DNA of 64,000 nt from a virus. Its lineage: Duplodnaviria; Caudoviricetes. Below are positions 15,230-25,457 of the stretch, piece by piece. Location: IMG/VR virus record IMGVR_UViG_3300037010_001838; one strand, 5' to 3'. A program made the position numbers and the translations under genes. Positions within the stretch are counted from its first letter, which is position 1; each line of letters begins with the position of its first letter. Under the pieces are notes generated by a model. The model saw only the letters and a list, made by a program, of their open reading frames with translations. It was not told where the DNA came from and searched no databases.

Positions 15230-15643
15230 ATGACGACTAATTGGGTTAAAGCAACAGGGAAACTTGTATATGAACCAAAACGTCCAGAACTTCGGAAAAC
15301 TCGCCAAAACGATGATTGGTGGTTAATCGTCGAAACGGACCCCCGTATTGCAAATTATTACAATTGGTGGGTTGAAAGAATGTGGGGGCTTCGACTTCAA
15401 CTTCCAGCGTGGAAAGCTCATGTCACAGTTCTTGATGGACGGTATCCAGTTAAGCCTGAATTTCGAAACATGTGGAAAGCTCATGCTGGTGAAATCATCA
15501 CGTTCGAATACAATGTTGAATTTGAACAACATTGGAAGTTCTTCGCACTTCCTGTTCGTAGCAAAAAATTAAACGACTATAGAAAAGAACTTGGATTCAA
15601 ACCAATTAACAATATGCATATTACTTTTGGGAGAATGGTGTGA
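15230..15643 (+). CDS. 2H phosphoesterase-like protein
   Basis: Two HxT motifs: AHVTVL and MHITFG. Confidence 0.65.
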   Translation: MTTNWVKATGKLVYEPKRPELRKTRQNDDWWLIVETDPRIANYYNWWVERMWGLRLQLPAWKAHVTVLDGRYPVKPEFRNMWKAHAGEIITFEYNVEFEQHWKFFALPVRSKKLNDYRKELGFKPINNMHITFGRMV

Positions 15644-15793
15644 ACGACACAAAAGTTGACTTTATTACGGAAAAAGACGAAAATAGGTGGAGGGTCGTAT
15701 TATCTACAAAGAACGATATTACGCTTTACCTATAGATGTTGTGCTTGACTACAAAAGGTTGAAAGATAAAGAACTTAAAGAATTGGAGAATAA

Positions 15794-17938
15794 ATGAAAC
15801 AGGAAGTAATTCAGAAAACTGTTGAACGTGGTGGCAATTTTACTGAAAAAGCTTTTACTATTAAAGCTGACGCTAAAATGTTTAACCTTTTATCAGATAA
15901 AATATATGCCGATAAAACAGGAGCTGTAATACGAGAGCTTGCAAGTAACGCAAAAGATGCTCATACAGTAGCAGGAAAAGAAAATATTCCTTTTGACATT
16001 CATGTTCCGAATGAAATGTATCCTCACTTCTCTGTTCGTGATTATGGAAAAGGTTTAACTCACACGGAAATGTTTGACATCTATACTACATATTCGGAGA
16101 GTACTAAAAATTTATCCAACAGAGAAATTGGAGCTTTTGGGGTTGGTGCGAAGAGTCCGTTTGCGTATACAGATAATTTTACAATCGTGTCCCGAATCGA
16201 ACAATTTAAACGAACATACACTGCTTATATTGGCGAAGAAGGAATCCCAGTTCTTGCTCTAATAAACGAAGAACCGAGTGACGAACCTTCTGGTTTGGAA
16301 GTAATCGTTCCAATTAAACAATACGATTTTAAAGTATTTCAACTCAAGGTTTTTTCTGTATTACAATATTTTACTCCTTTACCAAACATAAAGGGACTTG
16401 CACCTGAACGAGTTGTGTTCGACAGTCATGAATATCTTATAAGAGGAACAAACTGGGGATTGAGAACAAAACGATTTGGAGGTCCACGAGTAATTCAAGG
16501 TGGGGTTTTTTACCCAGTTAATTTTAATTCAGTATACAAACAAGATATTCCAGACTGTGTTAGCTCACTGATAAATTCTCCAATAGATTTCTATTTTGAT
16601 ATGTTTGATGATAACAATGAACGTGGAAATCTAGACGTTGCATTGTCACGTGAAGCACTTTCTTATGATGCTTACACGTGTGAACAATTAAAAAAGACTC
16701 TCGTTTCAACTCGAAATGAAATTATCGACAAAATGGTTAAAGATTTAGACACTCTACCCACCTATTGGGAAGCCTGCAAACAGTTCACTACACTTTTCCG
16801 TTCGTTTGGAAGCATTCTCCCCCACGACTTAAAATGGAAAAATGGTAAAGCATTAGATGTTCAGTTTGATTTTAAACAATCTTTAACTATAAAGACACAT
16901 ATTACAATAAAAGTGTTTGCAAACCGACGAGGACACCGAACTGGAAAATATTTATCAAATGAAGTACGCGGAGAATATTCCAATTCTCACTTTTTTCTTA
17001 ATAATAGTTCAAAGGGTGCGGGAATTCGAATTAAAGAACACGCAAAGAAACAACCAGGAGAACTGTATCTAATTTCTCTGGATTCGAATTCAGACGAGGC
17101 AAAACGAGCATATGATGAATTAATTGATTTACTAGGAAACCCTCCAATAAAAAACGTTGAAGAGTTGCCGCTCCCCGTTGTCACACAAACGACGAAGGTT
17201 AGAGTTGTTAATCAGCCAGGAACGATAAATTGTTATGAACGGAATGACAGAACGTGGGTTAACAAACGGGACATGTGGAATTCTGTTTCTGTTGATATAA
17301 AGGATGGTGGGCATTATGTTGAACTAGATAGGTTTGGTGTTGTAATCAAAGATTCTGGTTCAACAGCTAACATTGATGACCTAGTGCAATTAATGTCACG
17401 CCTTAACCTCATTAAACCAAACATAACAGTCTATGGTGTAGGGCCAAGAGTTTTGAAACAACTCAAGAAAGAAAAAAATTGGGTCAATTTAGTCGAATTA
17501 GCCCAACGATCTTGTGAAGATCCAAGTGCTAAAAAAATGATATACACCAAGATGGTGTATGATCAACTCAGGGCACAGTCACTTCCCCTACTCAAACTCT
17601 TTTTAAGACTTGGTCTTGTCGAAAAACGAAAATCTTTCAAACAGTTTTCAGTGGATATAAAGGATAAAGATGTAAAAGAATTCTTTACATCTTTATCACA
17701 AGAACATCAATATAACGATGATACAATATCTTATTGGAGCCGGTTGGGAAATATAGTTCAAGCAAAAACTGATTCAAAGGAAAATATTTATAAAGTGGGA
17801 AAATCCAAAGTAGACTTTTACCAAAAATTATGGGATAATATTATCATTAAATACCCAATATTAAAATATTTAGATTTTGAACAAATGATAGATGAGAATT
17901 TTGATACTGATTTCATACAATTCATTAACGGAGATTAA
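15794..17938 (+). CDS. rIIA: rIIA-like lysis-inhibition protein
   Basis: N-terminal GHKL ATPase motifs (IRELASNAKDA, VRDYGKG, GAFGVGAKSPFAY); directly upstream of rIIB. Confidence 0.88.
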   Translation: MKQEVIQKTVERGGNFTEKAFTIKADAKMFNLLSDKIYADKTGAVIRELASNAKDAHTVAGKENIPFDIHVPNEMYPHFSVRDYGKGLTHTEMFDIYTTYSESTKNLSNREIGAFGVGAKSPFAYTDNFTIVSRIEQFKRTYTAYIGEEGIPVLALINEEPSDEPSGLEVIVPIKQYDFKVFQLKVFSVLQYFTPLPNIKGLAPERVVFDSHEYLIRGTNWGLRTKRFGGPRVIQGGVFYPVNFNSVYKQDIPDCVSSLINSPIDFYFDMFDDNNERGNLDVALSREALSYDAYTCEQLKKTLVSTRNEIIDKMVKDLDTLPTYWEACKQFTTLFRSFGSILPHDLKWKNGKALDVQFDFKQSLTIKTHITIKVFANRRGHRTGKYLSNEVRGEYSNSHFFLNNSSKGAGIRIKEHAKKQPGELYLISLDSNSDEAKRAYDELIDLLGNPPIKNVEELPLPVVTQTTKVRVVNQPGTINCYERNDRTWVNKRDMWNSVSVDIKDGGHYVELDRFGVVIKDSGSTANIDDLVQLMSRLNLIKPNITVYGVGPRVLKQLKKEKNWVNLVELAQRSCEDPSAKKMIYTKMVYDQLRAQSLPLLKLFLRLGLVEKRKSFKQFSVDIKDKDVKEFFTSLSQEHQYNDDTISYWSRLGNIVQAKTDSKENIYKVGKSKVDFYQKLWDNIIIKYPILKYLDFEQMIDENFDTDFIQFINGD

Positions 17939-17940
17939 AA

Positions 17941-18927
17941 ATGGCTTACCCTTATATTATGACAGACACGTTTATATCAATTACGATTGATTCAAAAGCG
18001 TACACAATTGACCAGACTCACCGGAATTTCACTGAAGTCTATAACGCTATTCGCAACCAAGATTGGGAAAACATTGAATCACTTCTTAATATCAAACCTT
18101 GGTTTGATAGACAAATGAACCAACAACAAAATAATTTATTTGACATAGATTTTGACTACGAAGTCGTTACGTATGGTGGTAAAACGATTCACAATACACT
18201 CACTTCCCGAATTTTTAAAATGTGGAAAGATGGTTTTGATGTTAAACCAATGGTGGAGTTTTTAGCAAATTTATTACAAAATCCGAGTTCAACGGCCGTT
18301 AATGAATTATATGATTTTTTGGAATCTGGAAATATGCCAATTACTGAAGATGGTTGTTTTCTTGCTTACAAAAAAGTTGGATTAGATTATAAAGATATAT
18401 ACTCTGGAACTTTTGACAATTCTGTAGGAAGTATATGTGAGATGCCAAGGAACCAAGTTGACGACAATCGAAATAATACCTGCTCAAAAGGATTACACTT
18501 CTGTTCTCAATCATACCTCGAAAATTACGGTGGTAATCCTAATTATACAAGAGTTGTTTTAGTTAAAATCAACCCAGCAGATGTCGTATCTATTCCGAGG
18601 GACTACAACAACACTAAAGGACGTTGTTGGAAATATGAAGTTTATGGAGAAGTTGATTCTGTAACAGCCCACAAACAAGATGTTTTTGAACAAAGTGTGT
18701 ATCCAACTAAACAATCTGGAGACCGTATAGATATTAAACAAATTGAAAACAAACTGAATAATTTAACCAATGGTGAACTTGTTAAATTGTTCAACAACTT
18801 AACCTATTCACATTTGGTGAAATTTAGAGATAAAGCAACTGGTATTAAAAGAATACTGCGCTGGGTGGAACTTGAAAACGAATCTTCCTCGCGAGTTGAG
18901 ACGTTAAAGCAATATCTGGACTTATAA
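17941..18927 (+). CDS. rIIB: rIIB-like protein
   Basis: ITEDGCFLAYKKV, MPRNQVDDNRNNTCSKGLHFCS, VKINPADVVSIPRDYN. Confidence 0.92.
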   Translation: MAYPYIMTDTFISITIDSKAYTIDQTHRNFTEVYNAIRNQDWENIESLLNIKPWFDRQMNQQQNNLFDIDFDYEVVTYGGKTIHNTLTSRIFKMWKDGFDVKPMVEFLANLLQNPSSTAVNELYDFLESGNMPITEDGCFLAYKKVGLDYKDIYSGTFDNSVGSICEMPRNQVDDNRNNTCSKGLHFCSQSYLENYGGNPNYTRVVLVKINPADVVSIPRDYNNTKGRCWKYEVYGEVDSVTAHKQDVFEQSVYPTKQSGDRIDIKQIENKLNNLTNGELVKLFNNLTYSHLVKFRDKATGIKRILRWVELENESSSRVETLKQYLDL

Positions 18928-18998
18928 TTCGGTTGACTTTTTAAGGTAAAGTGAGATAATGGGGTTATTAACCCCATTTTCTATTAGGAGATTGAAAA

Positions 18999-19493
18999 AT
19001 GAAAAGTATTCTATTAAGCGTGTTGTTACTGTCGAGTAGTTTGTGTTATGCGGAAACAGAATACGTTCACGTTCTCGCCTCAAAACCTCAATTTGGAACT
19101 ACAGGTATGAGACAAGTATGCGTCAACGATTATCAAACAGGAAAAGCACCACAACAATACATCCAACAAAATTCAAATATTGGAGCAGTTCTTGGAGCAA
19201 TTGCTGGTGGTGTTATTGGACACTCAATTGGTGGAGGTAGTGGAAAATTGATTGCAACGGGTGTTGGTGCTGCCGTTGGAACAGTCACTGGGCAAGAACT
19301 GGCAAGTCCACAAACTCCTTACTCACCCCAACCAGTTGTTCATTGTAACATGATTCCTGGAGATACAGTTATTATTGGTTATGTGCTAACAGTTCGTTCA
19401 CATGGGAAATTAAATACAGTTACATCTACAGAAAATATTCCAGTTGGTTCTCTTATTCCCGTCGAAACCAGTCTTTCCTTATCAACAAATTAA
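18999..19493 (+). CDS. glycine-zipper 2TM secreted/membrane protein (YcfJ-like)
   Basis: Signal peptide; GAVLGAIAGGVIGHSIGGGSGKLIATGVGAAVG. Confidence 0.8.
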   Translation: MKSILLSVLLLSSSLCYAETEYVHVLASKPQFGTTGMRQVCVNDYQTGKAPQQYIQQNSNIGAVLGAIAGGVIGHSIGGGSGKLIATGVGAAVGTVTGQELASPQTPYSPQPVVHCNMIPGDTVIIGYVLTVRSHGKLNTVTSTENIPVGSLIPVETSLSLSTN

Positions 19494-19496
19494 TAG

Positions 19497-19525
19497 TTGA
19501 ATTTTTATTCAAAATCCCATATAAT
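19497..19525 (+). promoter_or_regulatory. sigma70-type promoter
   Basis: TTGAAT-17-TATAAT. Confidence 0.65.
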
Positions 19526-19548
19526 ATCTAAAATGTAAAGGATATTAT

Positions 19549-19953
19549 ATGGGAATAAAATCATTCATCTATGTAAAAACTCAAAAAGAAGGAATACACT
19601 GTTATCCAGCAGCGTTAACAGATCCTTTACTCAATACAAAGGATGACCCCGAGAATGCTTGGAAAGATGTAAGTTTTTTAGGACACTTACATAGGCACAT
19701 TTTCCATATTGAAGTAACCATAGAAGTTTACCACGCAGACAGAGATATCGAATTTATCCAATTTAAACGTTGGATTGAAAGACTTTATGACCAGAAAACA
19801 CTTGATTTGGATTATAAAAGTTGTGAGATGCTCGCCCACGAATTACTAAAACATATTCAAAATGAGTACGGATTTGATCGAACCGTGCATGTTAATGTAA
19901 GTGAAGATAACGAAAATGGGGCAATTATTAAATACGTTCGAGACTCCATATAA
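19549..19953 (+). CDS. QueD/PTPS-like T-fold protein
   Basis: EGIHCYP, HRHIFH, SCEMLA, VSEDNENGA. Confidence 0.65.
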   Translation: MGIKSFIYVKTQKEGIHCYPAALTDPLLNTKDDPENAWKDVSFLGHLHRHIFHIEVTIEVYHADRDIEFIQFKRWIERLYDQKTLDLDYKSCEMLAHELLKHIQNEYGFDRTVHVNVSEDNENGAIIKYVRDSI

Positions 19954-19962
19954 GGATTATAC

Positions 19963-20817
19963 ATGAAAAAACAATTAAAAGATTACACCCCATCATTCTG
20001 TTTTATAGCTCCAACTAATTATATTGAAATGTCAGCTTTGTCATCTACACATTTGGTGTTAGCTCATCTCGTAGAAAAAGACAAAACGTATGCATCAATC
20101 TACAAAAATTTCAGTGAATCAGACGACTTAATTATCATGGACAACTCAGCCTATGAACTCAAAGAACCATATTCACCTGAAAAATTAATTGAATTGGGAC
20201 ACGAGTGTGGGGCTGATGTTATAGTTCTTCCAGATTATCCTTTTCAACATTCATCGAAAACGATTGATGCTGCAAGAGAATTTATTCCATTATTCAAAGA
20301 TGCTGGATTTGGAACTTTCTTCGTTCCACAATCTGTAACCGGAGATACGGTGGATTGGATTGCCTCATACGATTGGGCTGCTAACAATTCCGATGTTGAC
20401 ATTATTGGAATGTCTATTCTTGGTGTTCCAAACGCTATTCCTTGGTGTGACCCATCTTACTCAAGAGTCGTAATGACTCAAATGTTGATTGACAGAGGGT
20501 TGTTTAATTTCAACAAACACCACCATTATCTTGGATTAAATTCTGGACCAGCATTGGAAATTCCCACACTAATGAGAATGCAAGCATTAGATACGATTGA
20601 TTCGTCTGGACCTGTGTGGGCTGCAATTCTCGGTCATGAATATACAACAAATTCCGATAGTTATATGGCAACAAAGAAGTTAAAGATGCCTGTTAAATTT
20701 GATTATCCTTTAACAAAAGACAAAGAAACTTTAAAAAGAATTGAACATAATGTAAAAATGACTATTGATTTATTTGATACAGTGCAAGACAGTGCAGTTT
20801 GGTATGCACAAGAATGA
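19963..20817 (+). CDS. TGT-fold (DpdA-like) base-exchange transglycosylase candidate
   Basis: IMDNSAYE, VIVLPDY, HYLGL, TIDSS; adjacent to QueD-like gene. Confidence 0.5.
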   Translation: MKKQLKDYTPSFCFIAPTNYIEMSALSSTHLVLAHLVEKDKTYASIYKNFSESDDLIIMDNSAYELKEPYSPEKLIELGHECGADVIVLPDYPFQHSSKTIDAAREFIPLFKDAGFGTFFVPQSVTGDTVDWIASYDWAANNSDVDIIGMSILGVPNAIPWCDPSYSRVVMTQMLIDRGLFNFNKHHHYLGLNSGPALEIPTLMRMQALDTIDSSGPVWAAILGHEYTTNSDSYMATKKLKMPVKFDYPLTKDKETLKRIEHNVKMTIDLFDTVQDSAVWYAQE

Positions 20818-20818
20818 T

Positions 20819-20983
20819 ATGTGTGGTTTAACTGCATTTGGTATTTCTTTGGTATTCGGGAGTGTGGGGTTCTTTGGGTTGTATGGTGGGCCGTTAAATG
20901 CAGAAACGTCAGTTGTGTATGCTTTAGGGGTCTTTCTTGGATCTATAAGTATGTGGACACTTATGACCTGGATTCGAGAATAA
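20819..20983 (+). CDS. small membrane protein
   Basis: Two hydrophobic helices. Confidence 0.4.
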   Translation: MCGLTAFGISLVFGSVGFFGLYGGPLNAETSVVYALGVFLGSISMWTLMTWIRE

Positions 20984-21047
20984 TAAGTACTAGAATAATA
21001 AAAAGGTTCACAGAAGTATAATAACAATAATAAAAAGGAGTTAAGTT

Positions 21048-21563
21048 ATGAGTATGGTTCATGCTGCATCATCAAAAAGTAAAACGGAATTAACAAATTT
21101 AGACGCAGATTGTATTCAACAAAACGCTGTTGATCTTCGATTGAAAACAGTTCGCCGAATCAAGCCGACGTTATTCGTAATTGACGAAGAATCAAAAATA
21201 CATCGTGAGACAGAAGAAGTAGCGTTGGATGAAGAAGGTTATTGGTTTCTTGAACCTGGAACTTACGAAATTACAACCAATCATATTATCAAAATGGGTG
21301 AAACAGAAGCCGGTTTTGTTATTACACGATCAACACTAAACCGTAATGGTGTATTCATTACATCAGGAAATTATGATAGTGGGTACAATGGTTCAATGGC
21401 TGGATGTTTACATGTTCATGGTGGACCAATGAAGATTAAACCGGGAACAAGAGTAGGTCAAATGCTATTATGGGAAGCAGAAGCACTATCTCAATATAAT
21501 GGAGATTACGGTTTCAACGAAGACGGAACTCCAAAAACCATGGAACAGAAATACCACAAATAA
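21048..21563 (+). CDS. dCTP deaminase/dUTPase family protein
   Basis: QQNAVDLR, RSTLNRNG, GNYDSGYNG, IKPGTRVGQ. Confidence 0.85.
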   Translation: MSMVHAASSKSKTELTNLDADCIQQNAVDLRLKTVRRIKPTLFVIDEESKIHRETEEVALDEEGYWFLEPGTYEITTNHIIKMGETEAGFVITRSTLNRNGVFITSGNYDSGYNGSMAGCLHVHGGPMKIKPGTRVGQMLLWEAEALSQYNGDYGFNEDGTPKTMEQKYHK

Positions 21564-21565
21564 AT

Positions 21566-21841
21566 ATGAAATATTCAACAGCCTCCCAAACGGAAATTTT
21601 TCTCATTGCAACTCAACTTCATGATGAACTTCAACAGTTGTTATCAAAAGCTTCTGATTATTATATAGATGGGTTCAATTCGGCATTCCGAAAAGCGAAC
21701 AAAAAGCCGAATCCCCCAGAAGCTTGTCCTGATGAAGATCAAAACAGACAAGAAGAATTCATGAAAGGCTTCACGTTTGGAGTCGCTTTAAGAGCAATTA
21801 TTCGACGAAAACACATTGGAATTGTTGATGAAGATGAATGA
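21566..21841 (+). CDS. hypothetical protein
   Basis: 91-aa ORF. Confidence 0.55.
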   Translation: MKYSTASQTEIFLIATQLHDELQQLLSKASDYYIDGFNSAFRKANKKPNPPEACPDEDQNRQEEFMKGFTFGVALRAIIRRKHIGIVDEDE

Positions 21842-21904
21842 GCGTTGATTTCAACAAACATATAGTGTAATATTTAAAATATACTGACATCTGAATGATA
21901 TTAA

Positions 21905-23065
21905 ATGAGCATCTCAATTAAAATTCCCGACCAATTTTATGTAGGTTTAAAACAACAACATAAAGCCGAATCGTCTTTGCCTCTTGGATTTGCTACTCCA
22001 TACGAACCAGGAACGAAAGCATACGAAAAAAGAAAAGAGACTGTTGACAGGTGGGCAAACTTCAATACCCGGGGAACCACACCTGATTCTATAAACCCCG
22101 TTATTATTAACAACACACCTGTAGCAGGTTTTAAGATTGCAGAAAGTGTTCGCCGTGTTTATTGGGGTGGAGGGAATGTTGTTTGGAGAATCGTCGACCC
22201 TCGTGGATTCGAATTAGAAATTTCTTCGTCAAACTTTGCAAAAATCATTGACTGCACGACCATAGAAAACGGTGAAATCAAGATGGAGTGTGTTTGGGGT
22301 AGAGATAAAGCTCAAAATGTTTTACTTCCAATTAATTCAGAACCATACGAACAAGCTATAGTGAACACAAAACGTGTTAAGACGCGAGTCCCAATTAAAG
22401 ATGTTAACATCGGTGATATTATTTTACTTCACAGTGGATTAGAATGTGAATACGTCGGTGCATATAATTTGGTTTCCACAGACGAGAAATCAAGCCATAT
22501 GTCCACCACAGATTTGTGTAACGTAAAACGAAAGTTCTGTATAAAACGAATCGTTGACCCAACTAACATATGGAACTATATTAACATTAAAGAGGGTGAT
22601 CCGGTTTTTGAATTTTATTCTGATTTAAGCGTTTCAGAAATTATTACAAAAATCCAAACACCAAAGCAGCCTCCCTTAAAAGAATTAAACCTTTTTATTG
22701 AAAAAGATCGTTATACACTTGTGTATTTTATCACGGATAAACCAGTTAAGCGAAATAATATAGAAGTTATATTCCAACCCGTTGGAAAGGAACGCGTTCA
22801 AGAATTTTATGAAAAATTCCGTATTCCTATTTTTATCACAAGGCAATATTACGCTATCAAACCAGCATTTGGGTATACAGGAGCCAGATTTCAATTAGTA
22901 TCAATAAACACCACGAATGTTGAAAAAACTAAACTGGTTGTTATATCACGAGGTGTCCAAAATTATTGGGATCACAGTGAATCAAAGGACTTAAGTGTAG
23001 AAGAAATTCATCAAATTAATGTAAAAATTGGTGGAGAAATATATACTCCACACATAGGTGTATAA
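21905..23065 (+). CDS. hypothetical phage protein
   Basis: 386 aa; PLGFATPY...YWGGGNVVWRIVDPRGFELEISSSNF. Confidence 0.75.
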   Translation: MSISIKIPDQFYVGLKQQHKAESSLPLGFATPYEPGTKAYEKRKETVDRWANFNTRGTTPDSINPVIINNTPVAGFKIAESVRRVYWGGGNVVWRIVDPRGFELEISSSNFAKIIDCTTIENGEIKMECVWGRDKAQNVLLPINSEPYEQAIVNTKRVKTRVPIKDVNIGDIILLHSGLECEYVGAYNLVSTDEKSSHMSTTDLCNVKRKFCIKRIVDPTNIWNYINIKEGDPVFEFYSDLSVSEIITKIQTPKQPPLKELNLFIEKDRYTLVYFITDKPVKRNNIEVIFQPVGKERVQEFYEKFRIPIFITRQYYAIKPAFGYTGARFQLVSINTTNVEKTKLVVISRGVQNYWDHSESKDLSVEEIHQINVKIGGEIYTPHIGV

Positions 23066-23083
23066 TTATAAAGGACACAAGGA

Positions 23084-23698
23084 ATGAGTAACGCATCAAC
23101 AAAAGGATATTTTGGAAAAGTTCTTGCAATGGACTGTGAAACAAGTGGGTTAGCTGTTAATAGCGATGACCCGTCAATAGGCTATCAAGCTGTGTCTTGG
23201 GGATTGGTAGTAGCAGATGCTTCCACGCTGAAACAAATTGACGAACTCTATGTTGAAATCAAGTGGAATGGTGAATCAAAGTGGGACAAAAAGGCGGAAG
23301 CCGTTCACGGTTTAACGAAACAACATTTAGATACTTTCGGACTATCCGAAGAAGATGCACTTGTTCAAATTGCAAATTTCGTTTATAAACATTGGGACCC
23401 CAAATCCGAATTCAGTTCTCAGCGATCTGTTAGATGTTTGGGGCATAATGTAGCTACATTTGATATTTGGTTTATGCGTCAACTATTCCGAAAATTTGAT
23501 CTTGAATTTAAAAGTGGAAACAGGTTTATTGATACCAGTACAGTGGGATGGACAGTATTTGATTGCTTTAATTCTGATGACGTGTTTGAACTTGTAGGTG
23601 TTCAAAGAGCAGCACACAACGCTCTTGAAGATGCAAAAGCTTCACTGGCTGTAGTGAGAACAGCAAAAACACTATGTAGATCATTTTTGGAAGATTAA
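23084..23698 (+). CDS. DEDDh 3'-5' exonuclease (DnaQ-like)
   Basis: AMDCETSG, GHNVATFD, HNALEDA. Confidence 0.88.
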   Translation: MSNASTKGYFGKVLAMDCETSGLAVNSDDPSIGYQAVSWGLVVADASTLKQIDELYVEIKWNGESKWDKKAEAVHGLTKQHLDTFGLSEEDALVQIANFVYKHWDPKSEFSSQRSVRCLGHNVATFDIWFMRQLFRKFDLEFKSGNRFIDTSTVGWTVFDCFNSDDVFELVGVQRAAHNALEDAKASLAVVRTAKTLCRSFLED

Positions 23699-23701
23699 CA
23701 A

Positions 23702-24277
23702 ATGGAAAAAATGTATCAAGATAAAAAAACTGGGAACTGTACTTTGGTTAATGATGGTAAGTATGAAGGTGCATTGGCATATCACAAAAGAAAACAGAAT
23801 GAAAATGTACCTTTAATTCTATCTCATCCAACATATGATTACATTCACGCATTAAGTATTAAAATATGGGATGATATTCAAACACAAAAAACGAATTTTG
23901 ATTTGATTGTTGGGTTATCAAGAGGAGGACTACTTCCAGGTGTTATAATTTCTCATCAATTTGATATCCCATTTAAACCATTGGAATACTCATCAAAAAA
24001 AGGACAAGGTGGAAAACAGTCGTTAAATAATATACCAAAATGGATATTACACAATAAATATAATCTCAAACCAACAAAAGTTCTTCTGGTTGATGATATT
24101 GTTGATAGTGGACACACGTTTAAAGAAATCGTTGATATTTTAAAGTCACAAAAATTTGAAGTTACTACAGCTGCTTTGTATCATAAAGAATCAGCAATAT
24201 TCGCCCCAGATTATGTAGGACACATAATCCCCAAAGATTTTGGATGGGTGGTATTTCCATTCGAAAAAGAAGTTTAA
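23702..24277 (+). CDS. purine phosphoribosyltransferase (type I PRT)
   Basis: VGLSRGGLLPG, VLLVDDIVDSGHT, WVVFPFE. Confidence 0.85.
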   Translation: MEKMYQDKKTGNCTLVNDGKYEGALAYHKRKQNENVPLILSHPTYDYIHALSIKIWDDIQTQKTNFDLIVGLSRGGLLPGVIISHQFDIPFKPLEYSSKKGQGGKQSLNNIPKWILHNKYNLKPTKVLLVDDIVDSGHTFKEIVDILKSQKFEVTTAALYHKESAIFAPDYVGHIIPKDFGWVVFPFEKEV

Positions 24278-24299
24278 CAACTAATAAAAAGGAAACAGT

Positions 24300-24509
24300 A
24301 TGAAAGTTTATGTAAAAGAAAATGAAAACATCGATCGCGCCATTCAACGTTTTAAGAGAGTTGTAGATCAATCTGGTTTACTCAAAGAACTTCGAGCGAG
24401 AGAATCTTATGAAAAACCAACAGTTGAACGTAAACGAAAAAAAGCGGCGGCGGTAAGCAGACAACTTCGTGAACTCCAAAAACACCAGTTAATCAAAAAA
24501 TTGTATTGA
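24300..24509 (+). CDS. rpsU: 30S ribosomal protein bS21
   Basis: [16 protein letters not shown]...[26 protein letters not shown]. Confidence 0.95.
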   Translation: MKVYVKENENIDRAIQRFKRVVDQSGLLKELRARESYEKPTVERKRKKAAAVSRQLRELQKHQLIKKLY

Positions 24510-24519
24510 TGTTTCACAA

Positions 24520-24553
24520 AATAATGAAATCCCTGAAGGGATTTCATTATTTT
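24520..24553. terminator. inverted repeat / bidirectional terminator
   Basis: aataatgaaatccc-tgaa-gggatttcattatt. Confidence 0.75.
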
Positions 24554-24583
24554 CATAAATAATTTTAATATTGGGGTTATTAT

Positions 24584-24979
24584 ATGAAACATTATGGTAT
24601 TGAAATTGCTGAAGGGGCAGACGTCGTCAATTTAACGATTGACCACAATTCATCTTTCCCTGGAACACCAAATGTTGGGGAATTATTTTTCAAGACGGGA
24701 AGCGGTGCTGGATTATATTTACACGACGGAACAAACTGGAATCAAGTCGTTTCAGGAAATACTACTGGATTTGTGGGGACCGTAACAACACTTTCTTCTT
24801 CATGGTCTATTAATCATAATTTAAACAACTCAAACTTACAATTTACGGTATATGTAGACGATGGGGCTTCTCAAGTAATAATTTCCCCCTTATCAATTAC
24901 TGTAATAGACGCTAACAACATTCAAATTGATTTCACTAAAACTTATACAGGAAAAGTTGTTATTATTGCAGTTCTATAG
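24584..24979 (+). CDS. putative virion/fibre-associated protein
   Basis: Late-type ATAAATA at 24555; FPGTPNVGELFF; W.INHNLNN motif. Confidence 0.55.
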   Translation: MKHYGIEIAEGADVVNLTIDHNSSFPGTPNVGELFFKTGSGAGLYLHDGTNWNQVVSGNTTGFVGTVTTLSSSWSINHNLNNSNLQFTVYVDDGASQVIISPLSITVIDANNIQIDFTKTYTGKVVIIAVL

Positions 24980-24987
24980 GAAATATT

Positions 24988-25323
24988 ATGATAACAGAAA
25001 GCATAAAAAAGATGAACTTATTGAAACTTGCTGGAAGCATGTTAGTTTCAGTGGTGGGTATTTTCGTAGCTGTTAATACAGTGGATGATAGATATGCTCA
25101 TGCAACTGACGTCAACAAACAATTCCAACAAGAAGATCAAAAGCAGATCGAAATCCAAAAACAAGTAAGGTCCGTAGGAATTGAGATGAGACGGAAACAA
25201 CTTGACGACTACATTTTCACATATGAATATAAAGTTCAAACTAAACAAGCTACTCCACTTGACAAAGCATTGTTGGATAGATATAAACGTGAAATGCAAA
25301 CTCTTCCAATTCCTCAAAATTAA
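24988..25323 (+). CDS. single-TM coiled-coil protein
   Basis: N-terminal hydrophobic helix followed by Q/K-rich helix. Confidence 0.6.
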   Translation: MITESIKKMNLLKLAGSMLVSVVGIFVAVNTVDDRYAHATDVNKQFQQEDQKQIEIQKQVRSVGIEMRRKQLDDYIFTYEYKVQTKQATPLDKALLDRYKREMQTLPIPQN

Positions 25324-25352
25324 CTGTTGATCTTTCCCCCAAAAAGGGCTAC

Positions 25353-25360
25353 TATAAATA
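25353..25360 (+). promoter_or_regulatory. T4-type late promoter
   Basis: TATAAATA 8 nt upstream of tRNA-Ser. Confidence 0.7.
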
Positions 25361-25368
25361 GATATTAT

Positions 25369-25457
25369 GGTGAATAATCCCTTGTGGTCTTGGGGGGCTG
25401 TTTCGAAAACAGATCGATCTTGAAAAACAGGTTGGGGTTCAATTCCTCTATTCACCG
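25369..25457 (+). tRNA. tRNA-Ser(CGA), no encoded CCA
   Basis: ctgt-ttCGAaa-acag; long variable arm; acceptor ggtgaat/attcacc; G73. Confidence 0.85.
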
